Part shown: positions 1-7,710 of the stretch, one piece after another
Layout of the letters: every line of letters begins with the position of its first letter
Numbering within the stretch: the first letter of the stretch is position 1
Assembly: GCA_030834365.1 (NCBI GenBank)
Contig: JAURFJ010000001.1
Span: 1-44,160, forward strand
Length of the DNA stretch: 44,160 bases
Reading direction: 5' to 3'
Origin: Flavobacteriaceae bacterium
Lineage (GTDB): Bacteria; Bacteroidota; Bacteroidia; Flavobacteriales; Flavobacteriaceae
The notes under the pieces: model-generated
The model's database searches: none
Seen by the model: only the letters and a program-made list of their open reading frames with translations
Told to the model about the DNA's origin: nothing
Position numbers and translations under genes: made by a program

Positions 1-1443
1 AAAAAGACCATCTTCTAGGGTGCCAAACGATCCGATGTTGAAAGAAATCCGGCCATTGATGCGCTCAATCTCACTATAGGTAATCAGGGGGTCTAGGCCA
101 TTGGTATAGTCGGAAAATCCTACACTGTTTTCGTATTTGCCCACTAGTGGTTGAAGCGCAAAACTATTGTTCGGATTTATTTGCGCTACACGGCTCGATT
201 GAAATAGATAAGGAAACACGGTTTGACCCGATTGGCTTCCAGGGTCGTCTACTAGGGTGATTGAAAATTCATTTTTTCCTCGCGTTGTTTCTCCGACCTG
301 TATAACCTCTATGTAAGGGCTTAGACCGTTTATAAGCAGTTCACTCGAGGATGCTGTTCCCGATTGAGTCAAGACGTATACGCGCTTCATTCCTAGGCGG
401 TTCAGCGGTACGGTGGCATTGTCTACGGTGATTTGACCGGTAAATCGATCCTCTAGACTCGAGCCGAATAGGCTAGTCCAATAGGTGTTCCAGCGCTGTT
501 TTGCGAAAACACCTGACCCGTCGTGAATCATGCTGGCTAAAACGGCTGCAGCCGCTGTAGATCCGCCCGGATTATACCTGAGATCAATAATGAGTTCCTC
601 TATCGCATTGGACTTAAAGGTGGCAAAAATCTCGTTGAGTTCTTGATTGTAATTAGAAATGAACTGGTTGTACACGAGGTAGCCAACTTTTTTATTTCCA
701 GTTGTGTATATGCTATGGAACTGTACGGGGTTTTCTTGAAAGTTTTCAACGCGCGTTAGGGTTACTTCACCTTCTGCACTTAAAAAGTCGCCACTCGCAT
801 CTTGCTGGGCTTTACCCAATGTATAACTGTCTGCACGATTATTAATTAGCGCACTGTAGTTAGAGCGGGTCAATTGTTGACCGTCAATACGGTTAAATAA
901 ATCACCTCGCTGTATGCCTTCAGCTTCTGCACTTGATCCGCGTGCAACATAGCGGGTGTAGATAATCACATCTTCTGAATCCGAATTGGCTACGAGACCA
1001 AACTCAAGCCCATCACTCTTACTGATTCCGCTTAACGAATTAATGAGAACACTGTAATCTTCGTTGAAAAAGGTAAAGCGATCTTCTGTATTGGTGATGG
1101 ATTCAATCATAGATTCAGCCGATGAAAATCCTTTTAAATAATCTAAGTATTCTTGTAGGTTATTGAAACGAGACTCGTTAAGTTCTGGGGTTTGAGATTT
1201 CCAGAAATACCAAATATTCAGTGCATTCCAAATGAAATCTTCAGTATCGATCGACTCACCTTTTAACGATTCGCTAAGCCGGTCTTTCCACTCGAGCCAA
1301 GGGGTAGGGTTGATGACATCAAACGTAGGGTGATTGAAGGCTATATCACTTAGACTAGGCTCATCAACCAACGGTTCGTCTATGGGTTCACTCGAACAAC
1401 TAACTAATACCAAGGCGAATACAATAGCAACTAAACGTTTCAT
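1..1443 (-). CDS. S41-family (tail-specific/C-terminal processing type) serine peptidase lipoprotein with a PDZ-like region; the C-terminus runs off the window
   Basis: Absent from the ORF track because no stop lies in the window. My reverse-strand translation from ATG (1443..1441) stays open in frame to position 1 (481 codons). It begins MKRLVAIVFALVLVSCSS (lipobox L-V-S-C). Further in are ...IDLRYNPGGS... and ...LTQSGTASSSELL..., the two signature blocks of peptidase family S41. Confidence 0.8.
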   Translation of the reverse strand, partial: MKRLVAIVFALVLVSCSSEPIDEPLVDEPSLSDIAFNHPTFDVINPTPWLEWKDRLSESLKGESIDTEDFIWNALNIWYFWKSQTPELNESRFNNLQEYLDYLKGFSSAESMIESITNTEDRFTFFNEDYSVLINSLSGISKSDGLEFGLVANSDSEDVIIYTRYVARGSSAEAEGIQRGDLFNRIDGQQLTRSNYSALINNRADSYTLGKAQQDASGDFLSAEGEVTLTRVENFQENPVQFHSIYTTGNKKVGYLVYNQFISNYNQELNEIFATFKSNAIEELIIDLRYNPGGSTAAAAVLASMIHDGSGVFAKQRWNTYWTSLFGSSLEDRFTGQITVDNATVPLNRLGMKRVYVLTQSGTASSSELLINGLSPYIEVIQVGETTRGKNEFSITLVDDPGSQSGQTVFPYLFQSSRVAQINPNNSFALQPLVGKYENSVGFSDYTNGLDPLITYSEIERINGRISFNIGSFGTLEDGLF

Positions 1444-1471
1444 GGAAGGGTTTGTCATAGCTTTCAACTAA

Positions 1472-1497
1472 TGTAACAAATCTAAGGGGTTTTCGTC
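1472..1497 (+). promoter_or_regulatory. ECF-type promoter P1 (TGTAAC-N16-CGTC) upstream of the ECF sigma gene; likely autoregulatory
   Basis: TGTAAC at 1472-1477, 16-nt spacer aaatctaaggggtttt, CGTC at 1494-1497. The motif ends 20 nt before the sigma ATG at 1518. It matches the classical group-IV sigma -35 AAC / -10 CGT architecture. Confidence 0.5.
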
Positions 1498-1517
1498 ATA
1501 GTTTTGAAGGGCGATTC

Positions 1518-2039
1518 ATGAGCAGTATTTCAATGGACCATAAAGAGTTTGTAGTACTATTTAAAGATATTGAAGTGCGCCTGTATCGCGTTGCGCGAAG
1601 AATCTTGATCTCCCATGAAGAAGCCCAAGATAGTGTTCAAGAGGTGGTGATAAAAATTTGGGAGCGCAAGAATATTAAGGCTCAAGCTAAGAATATAGAG
1701 GCCTATGCCATGACCATGATTAAGAATCATTGCCTTGATCGTCTGAAGTCGAAACAAGCCAATTTTCTTCGATTAGAAGACGATTTTGACGATCAGCTCG
1801 ATTCGACTGATGATACGCTTTCTGCACAAAACGATGTAGAAGAACGACTTGGTGCAGTAGAAAAGGTCGTGAATCTCTTACCTGAGAAACAGCGAACGGT
1901 TTGGCACTTGCGCGATGTTGAGGGATATAGTTTCGAAGAGATTGAAGCAATAATGGATATGAATGCAACCGCCGTTCGCGTAACGCTTTCGAGAGCGCGA
2001 AAGGAGATTAGAAATCAAATCGCAAAACAGTATGAGTGA
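1518..2039 (+). CDS. RNA polymerase ECF (group IV) sigma factor
   Basis: 173 aa. Region-2-like block EEAQDSVQEVVIKIWE and region-4 HTH GYSFEEIEAIMDMNATAVRVTLSRARKEIR. The stop overlaps the next ORF's start (ATGAGTGA). Confidence 0.9.
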   Translation: MSSISMDHKEFVVLFKDIEVRLYRVARRILISHEEAQDSVQEVVIKIWERKNIKAQAKNIEAYAMTMIKNHCLDRLKSKQANFLRLEDDFDDQLDSTDDTLSAQNDVEERLGAVEKVVNLLPEKQRTVWHLRDVEGYSFEEIEAIMDMNATAVRVTLSRARKEIRNQIAKQYE

Positions 2040-2472
2040 GGATCAGAAACACATTAAGCAGCTGCTACAAAAATACCTTGAGGCTAAAACTTCTCTTGAG
2101 GAGGAGTCGCAGTTGCATCGTTTTTTTAGCCAAGCCGAACAGCGGCTCGACTCCAGGCTCTATTGGGCTCGTGACTTGTTCAAGTACAGCAGTAACGAAA
2201 AGCAGCAGCACTCAGATTTTGAGATTTCGCCGATAGAAAAGGGAAGGAGCTCGATTGGGTTTTATCGAATGGCCGCAGCTATAGCTGCACTCGTTGTAAC
2301 TTCCTTAGGGGTTTATCGTCTTGAAGAAAACTACCAAGAGCGAAAAATGCAAGAAGCCTATGCCGAAACAAGAAAGGCCTTTATGTTGATTGCTGATCAA
2401 CTTCAGATGGCCCAAGAACAAACAGTCTACCTTGACTATATAGATCAATCGATGAATAAATTGTTAAAATAA
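2032..2472 (+). CDS. Putative single-pass membrane anti-sigma factor (assigned by context only)
   Basis: 146 aa, with an 8-nt overlap onto the sigma gene suggesting translational coupling. One predicted TM helix (FYRMAAAIAALVVTSLGVY) separates an N-domain of about 77 aa from a coiled-coil-like tail of about 50 aa. No ZAS HxxxCxxC motif. Confidence 0.5.
   Translation: MSEDQKHIKQLLQKYLEAKTSLEEESQLHRFFSQAEQRLDSRLYWARDLFKYSSNEKQQHSDFEISPIEKGRSSIGFYRMAAAIAALVVTSLGVYRLEENYQERKMQEAYAETRKAFMLIADQLQMAQEQTVYLDYIDQSMNKLLK
2295..2320 (+). promoter_or_regulatory. ECF-type promoter P2 (TGTAAC-N16-CGTC) inside the anti-sigma ORF, upstream of the DUF4252 gene
   Basis: TGTAAC at 2295-2300, spacer ttccttaggggtttat, CGTC at 2317-2320. 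It shares the AGGGGTTT spacer core and a downstream TTGAAG with P1. It lies on the same strand, about 160 nt upstream of the ATG at 2479. Confidence 0.4.
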
Positions 2473-2478
2473 TTAGAT

Positions 2479-3030
2479 ATGAACCTACTAACGATTAGAA
2501 CCGTATTATTAGCCAGTATTCTTTGTGTGAGTACGGCCTCAGCACAGTCATTATTTGATAAATACTCCCGCAACGATAAAGTAACATCAGTGGTGATATC
2601 AGAAAGCATGTTTAAGCTTTTTGCTAAAATGCAGGTTATAGTTGACGATCCAGATGCACAGGCTTTCATGGAGTTAGCTAAAGAGATTACCAGCCTGCGC
2701 GTGCTTACTACTTCAAATGAATTGATCGCCTCCTCAATCAAAGAGGATGCATTTGAGTATGCCTCATCACGACAACTTACTGAGTTGATGGTTGTGCGCG
2801 ATGAAGATTCACAGGTCTATTTTTATGCTGAATCTAGCAGAGATGAGCACATAAGAGAGCTGTTGATGTTGGTTACAGAGCTGAAAAATGTAAACCTTAA
2901 CGGCCGAAAATTTGAGACTGTATTGCTTTCGATTACTGGAGATCTCGACCTAGAGAAAATCAGCCTTCTCGCCTCAAAAATGAACCTTCCGGAAGAATTG
3001 GGTGAACTGAATCGAAGAGGTGACTACTAG
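2479..3030 (+). CDS. Secreted DUF4252-like protein
   Basis: 183 aa with signal peptide MNLLTIRTVLLASILCVSTASA/Q. The N-terminal block SLFDKYSRNDKVTSVVISESMFKLFAKM and the length fit my recollection of the Bacteroidota DUF4252 family, which commonly follows ECF sigma genes. The family call is from memory. Confidence 0.6.
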   Translation: MNLLTIRTVLLASILCVSTASAQSLFDKYSRNDKVTSVVISESMFKLFAKMQVIVDDPDAQAFMELAKEITSLRVLTTSNELIASSIKEDAFEYASSRQLTELMVVRDEDSQVYFYAESSRDEHIRELLMLVTELKNVNLNGRKFETVLLSITGDLDLEKISLLASKMNLPEELGELNRRGDY

Positions 3031-4370
3031 ATACCGGTATAGTTAAAAGGGGTGATTGCGCGTAATTCGTCTTTCACCTCTTGAGTGATCTCCAGCGAGT
3101 TGATAAAGTCACTTATCGAACCCTGGTCAATGCTATTATTAGTGCGGGTTAAAGCCTTAAGCGCCTCATACGGATTAGGATATCCCTCTCGGCGCAACAC
3201 AGTTTGAATGGCTTCGGCCACAACGGCCCAGTTGTTCGCTAAATCTTGATCTATTTTGGTGGTGTTTACCAGAAGCTTATCTAGTCCTTTCTCGATGGAA
3301 TAAATAGAGAGCAAAGTATGCGCAAGGGGTACACCGATGTTTCTTAAGACGGTGCTATCGGTTAAATCTCTCTGCAAACGTGAAATGGGCAATTTTGCGG
3401 ATAAATGATCAAACAGACAGTTAGCTATTCCTAAATTTCCCTCAGCATTTTCAAAATCAATGGGATTCACTTTGTGTGGCATAGCCGAGGACCCTACTTC
3501 TTTGGCTTTGATTTGTTGCTTGAAGTAGTCCATAGAAACATAGCTCCATACATCACGCGAAAAATCGATGAGAATGGTGTTTATGCGCTTGAGATTGTCG
3601 AAAAGCGAAGATAGATGGTCATAGTGTTCAATTTGTGTGGTAGGAAAGCTGTAGTGTAGACCCAAATTTTTCTCAACAAATTGTTGTGCAAAATGCCTCC
3701 AATCGTAACTTGGATAGGCGACGTGGTGAGCGTTAAAATTACCTGTCGCTCCGCCAAACTTAGCTGGAAACTTTTGTTGATCAAGGCTTGAAAGTTGTTG
3801 TTCTAGTCGCTCAATAAAAACCTGAATTTCTTTGCCCAAACGCGTAGGCGATGCGGGCTGACCATGCGTGCGGGCTAACATGGCAATACCGTTCCATTGG
3901 ATAGCCTTTTCCTTTAATTTACTTAATAAACATTCTAGGGCTTCCCGAATCACATCGTTCATGGCAGACTTTAATGACAGTGGGATAGCGGTGTTGTTGA
4001 TGTCTTGAGAAGTGAGTCCAAAGTGTACAAACTCTGACATGTCGCTTAGCTCTAATGACTCGAAATGGGCCTTTATGAAATACTCGACCGCCTTTACATC
4101 GTGATTGGTGGTCTGTTCTATTTTTTTTATTTCAAGCGCACTCGCTTCATCAAAATTGACATACAAATCTCGCAGTTTCTTCTTCTGAAAATCGCTAAGA
4201 TCGGTTAAGGGCTTGAGTCCAGTTTGGGTTAATGAAATGAAGTATTCTACCTCAACTAGAACGCGGTAACGCATGAGTGCGAATTCGGAAAAATAAGGGG
4301 CTAGAGCAGCTATTTTCTTTCGGTATCGGCCGTCTATGGGAGAGATCGCCGTTAATTCAGATAAATTCAT
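3027..4370 (-). CDS. purB: Adenylosuccinate lyase
   Basis: 447 aa. N-terminus LTAISPIDGRYRKK and fumarate-lyase signature GSSAMPHKVNP. Confidence 0.95.
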   Translation of the reverse strand: MNLSELTAISPIDGRYRKKIAALAPYFSEFALMRYRVLVEVEYFISLTQTGLKPLTDLSDFQKKKLRDLYVNFDEASALEIKKIEQTTNHDVKAVEYFIKAHFESLELSDMSEFVHFGLTSQDINNTAIPLSLKSAMNDVIREALECLLSKLKEKAIQWNGIAMLARTHGQPASPTRLGKEIQVFIERLEQQLSSLDQQKFPAKFGGATGNFNAHHVAYPSYDWRHFAQQFVEKNLGLHYSFPTTQIEHYDHLSSLFDNLKRINTILIDFSRDVWSYVSMDYFKQQIKAKEVGSSAMPHKVNPIDFENAEGNLGIANCLFDHLSAKLPISRLQRDLTDSTVLRNIGVPLAHTLLSIYSIEKGLDKLLVNTTKIDQDLANNWAVVAEAIQTVLRREGYPNPYEALKALTRTNNSIDQGSISDFINSLEITQEVKDELRAITPFNYTGI

Positions 4371-4432
4371 GGTTTAATCAAAAAACAAAGATATTCATAA
4401 ATGTGCTAGAACGCCTTATGGGCACTAACCCT

Positions 4433-5218
4433 CTAATCTCTGTTCAACACTTTAAATTCTTCGTAGCACAAATTCAGTGCATCGAGTATTTGCAGGTCGT
4501 TCGCTGACTGAACAAAGCCATCTGAATAGTTACATTGGTTAAGCATCTTTTCCATGTCTTCTCTGTCTATCTGCAGCAGGGCGGTAAGGGTTTCACGATC
4601 AAACTTGGTAGCCAACAACGAACGGATGCTCTCGTCTTGTTTAATGGTTGGAAGTTTCTGAAGTTGCACTCCTTTTTTCTTGAAAAGTGATCCTATAGAC
4701 TCGATCGGATTCATAAGACTTCCTAAGAGTTTTTGCGCTCCACTAGAACGGCTGTTTCGCGCTTCATAACTTCTGTTTAGCCCCGATATGCTGTATTGAA
4801 AGGCAGTGCTAATGGGAAGATACTTGATGTCGATTTCTAGGTAGCCTGTAAGTTGATAGGGTCTGACAACCACTTCTTCTAATGCATAGGCTAACTCGGT
4901 CAGAGCGATTGATGAATTTTTCAACCGAATAAGGTCGTTGTTTACACGAATTTTTTCTGATTTATATCCGAGGTAGGTGAGGTAAAGCGTGTCTCCTACC
5001 TGTGCCGGAATAGTAAACGATCCTTCTTTATCACTTATGGTGCCTACAATAGAATTCAGGTTAATTACGTGAACACTCTCTAAAGGAAGATTATTCGAAG
5101 CACTGATGACCTTTGCCTGAACCGTTGCGGGCGGATTGGGTTCTTTTTGCTGCCGAGCAACTAAAGAAAGCAATCCTGCAACTAAGGCAATAAAGTAGAG
5201 ATTCGAGGTCGACAACAA
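4433..5218 (-). CDS. Secreted carboxypeptidase-regulatory-like (CarboxypepD_reg) domain protein, function unknown
   Basis: 261 aa. Hydrophobic N-terminal signal/anchor. Beta-sandwich-like block VISASNNLPLESVHVINLNSIVGTISDKEGSFTIPAQVGDTLYLTYLGYKSEKI, typical of CarboxypepD_reg domains. Confidence 0.55.
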   Translation of the reverse strand: MLSTSNLYFIALVAGLLSLVARQQKEPNPPATVQAKVISASNNLPLESVHVINLNSIVGTISDKEGSFTIPAQVGDTLYLTYLGYKSEKIRVNNDLIRLKNSSIALTELAYALEEVVVRPYQLTGYLEIDIKYLPISTAFQYSISGLNRSYEARNSRSSGAQKLLGSLMNPIESIGSLFKKKGVQLQKLPTIKQDESIRSLLATKFDRETLTALLQIDREDMEKMLNQCNYSDGFVQSANDLQILDALNLCYEEFKVLNRD

Positions 5219-5270
5219 TCTTATTTTCCAGAAAATTACGAAAGCTTACTAAGATTAACCCTCGAAAATT

Positions 5271-6983
5271 CTAGTAAAATCCCTTTCGAGGCCGATTTGT
5301 TCGTGATTTTTTGCTGTTATGACTGAAGTTTCTCGATGTTTTGGTACCGTGCCTAGGTTCTTTACTCTTTTTGTTTTTTGGGCCGTCTTCAGTGATTTCA
5401 ACATTGATCGTGTGCCCTCCATAGGGTTTACCCGGCAAAAGGCCAAGAACGCGTTCCGAGAGGTCAGCACTGACGTTAAAAAAAGAGAAGTTTTTTAAGA
5501 CATCTACCTTAAAAACTTCTTCTTTATCGAGTTGCAAATTTTCACGCAAAAAGTCTTTTAAAGAACGCCAATCAAGCCCATCTCGCTCGCCGAGATTGAT
5601 GAAGAATCGCACTTCATTTTGAAGCTTAAACGATTTGTTGGGTGCGTCTTCAGTCATCGAGTTGCTGCGTGAATTGGCACCTTCGTGGTAATAGGCTTGT
5701 AGTCTGTTGAACACCTCGCTAAACACTTTTTTGATGAGCTCTTCTTTAGTGAGCTTTTTCAGTGATTTCTGAAGTTCAGGTAAATAAGTCTCTAGTTGTT
5801 CGTGCACACTGACATCGAGTAACTTTTCAGCATGTTTTTGCAATTGGTTTTCTATGATCTCCTCGACGGTCGGAACATTACCTTCTTTAAAAGGTTGTTT
5901 CAGGCGTTTTTGAAAGCCACTTATTTTTTGGCGATCGCTTGAGGTGACTAAGCAATACGAAAATCCGGTTTTACCGGCTCTACCTGTTCTTCCACTTCGG
6001 TGGTTGTAGGTTTCGGCATCATCGGGCATTTGGTAATGAATGACGTGTGTGATATCATCAACATCTATCCCTCTTGCTGCAACGTCGGTAGCAATAAGAA
6101 TCTGCAGCTGACGCTTTCTGAACCCGGCCATTACTAGATCCCGTTGATTCTGGCTCAAGTCTCCGTGCAAAGCGCCTGCGTTATAGCCGTCTTCGATTAA
6201 ACGTTCGGCAATTTTTTGCGTTTCGATTTTGGTTCGGCAAAAAACGACGGAAAATAATTGAGGGTCACTGTCGACCAGTCGCTTGAGCACTTGGTAGCGT
6301 GTGCGAGAAGTTACTTGGAAGTAGAAGTGAGAGACGGTGTTTGTTCCTTCGTTCTTAGATCCAACCGTGATTTCAACCGGCTTTTTCATGAACTCTCGAG
6401 CAATTTCTGCCACCTCTTTGGGCATAGTGGCCGAGAATAACCACGTGCGTTTATGACTTGGAGTGTGGCTCAGAATCTGCTTGATGTCTTGATAAAAACC
6501 CATATTGAGCATTTCATCGGCTTCGTCTAAAATGCAGTAATTAATGGCGTCAATCGAAAGCATTCTTCTCTCTATGAGATCGATGAGTCTTCCGGGGGTG
6601 GCTACGACTATGTGAGCTCCTCTTTTGATTTGATCAGCTTGTTCGCGCACACTGGCCCCTCCGTAAACGGCTACTACCGAAACGTGGTTCATGTGTTGAG
6701 CGTATTTTTTTAATTCGGAGGTGATCTGCAGACACAGTTCGCGTGTAGGAGCAATGATCAGTCCTTGGACCTTCTTCTGGCTGGTATCGATTTTTTGGAG
6801 CAGTGGAAAGCCAAAAGCGGCCGTCTTTCCGGTTCCGGTCTGAGCGAGAGCGACCATGTCGGTTTCACTTTCGAGCAGTATAGGAATGGCTTTTTGTTGA
6901 ATATCAGTGGGAGAGGTGAACCCCATCTGGTCGATTGCTTGGAGCAGATGAGGTGCTAGTCCAAGCGACGTAAATGATTGCAT
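5271..6983 (-). CDS. DEAD-box ATP-dependent RNA helicase with a DbpA-like C-terminal RNA-binding domain and a basic tail
   Basis: 570 aa. Q-motif region TDIQQKAIP, motif I AQTGTGKT, motif II DEAD (LDEADEML), SAT, motif VI HRSGRTGRAG, and a Lys/Arg-rich C-terminus. Confidence 0.93.
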   Translation of the reverse strand: MQSFTSLGLAPHLLQAIDQMGFTSPTDIQQKAIPILLESETDMVALAQTGTGKTAAFGFPLLQKIDTSQKKVQGLIIAPTRELCLQITSELKKYAQHMNHVSVVAVYGGASVREQADQIKRGAHIVVATPGRLIDLIERRMLSIDAINYCILDEADEMLNMGFYQDIKQILSHTPSHKRTWLFSATMPKEVAEIAREFMKKPVEITVGSKNEGTNTVSHFYFQVTSRTRYQVLKRLVDSDPQLFSVVFCRTKIETQKIAERLIEDGYNAGALHGDLSQNQRDLVMAGFRKRQLQILIATDVAARGIDVDDITHVIHYQMPDDAETYNHRSGRTGRAGKTGFSYCLVTSSDRQKISGFQKRLKQPFKEGNVPTVEEIIENQLQKHAEKLLDVSVHEQLETYLPELQKSLKKLTKEELIKKVFSEVFNRLQAYYHEGANSRSNSMTEDAPNKSFKLQNEVRFFINLGERDGLDWRSLKDFLRENLQLDKEEVFKVDVLKNFSFFNVSADLSERVLGLLPGKPYGGHTINVEITEDGPKNKKSKEPRHGTKTSRNFSHNSKKSRTNRPRKGFY

Positions 6984-7027
6984 AGGTTGAATTTCGCGAC
7001 AAAGGTAGGGTATTCTGTGCTTAGAAA

Positions 7028-7612
7028 TTATTTATACGTCTCCGCCAAGAACTTTATCAATTGTTGAGTAGCCCTTGCGCGATGACTGAGTTGCGCTTTT
7101 ACTGCAGCATCTAAGGTTCCGAAAGTCCCTGTATGTCCTTCTGGAATAAAAATCGGGTCGTATCCGAACCCTCCGCTTCCTTGAGGTTCACTGGCTATCT
7201 GACCCTTAACGATACCCTCAAAAAATATATGCTCTTCGCTGTTAAATACTAAGCAAAAGACCGTTTTAAAATAGGCTTCGCGTTGGCTAACTCCTTTGAG
7301 CTTATCGAGAACCAACTGGTTGTTTAAGCTGTGATTTCGGCTGCCGCTATAATGGGCAGAGTGTACTCCGGGCTCTCCGCCCAACGCGTGTATAAACAAG
7401 CCGCTATCGTCTGAAAAACAGGGTATAGAAAACTCATTATAAATCGTTTGAGCCTTCTGTAGGGCATTTTCTTCTAAAGTTTCTCCGGTTTCTGGGATCT
7501 CTTTTGTGTAATTAAGATCGGCTAATGTGTCTATCTCTAAGTAAGACGAGGTGAGTCGAATAAGTTCTGAAACCTTAGAAGGGTTGTGCGAAGCAAATAG
7601 TAATTTTTTCAT
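7028..7612 (-). CDS. rdgB: Non-canonical purine NTP (dITP/XTP) pyrophosphatase, Ham1/RdgB family
   Basis: 194 aa. LLFASHNPSKVSEL near the N-terminus and the GFGYDPIF block. Confidence 0.9.
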   Translation of the reverse strand: MKKLLFASHNPSKVSELIRLTSSYLEIDTLADLNYTKEIPETGETLEENALQKAQTIYNEFSIPCFSDDSGLFIHALGGEPGVHSAHYSGSRNHSLNNQLVLDKLKGVSQREAYFKTVFCLVFNSEEHIFFEGIVKGQIASEPQGSGGFGYDPIFIPEGHTGTFGTLDAAVKAQLSHRARATQQLIKFLAETYK

Positions 7613-7710
7613 AGAAAGCGGTTCATAAATGGTGGTTATCTCTTCGAATGTCAGCTGCTCAAAAATGCCAAAATAGGCTACATTTGCGAATCAATCATCA
7701 ATTGTTACAC

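Noticed and set aside
7568-7592. TGAAAC-cttagaagggttgtg-CGAA upstream of the serB-serA fusion, which vaguely resembles the two ECF promoter copies (cttag.agggtt).
   Set aside because: The spacer is 15 nt rather than 16, the -10 is CGAA rather than CGTC, and the -35 differs. It is too degenerate to call without comparative or TSS data. I note it only as a possible weak third site.
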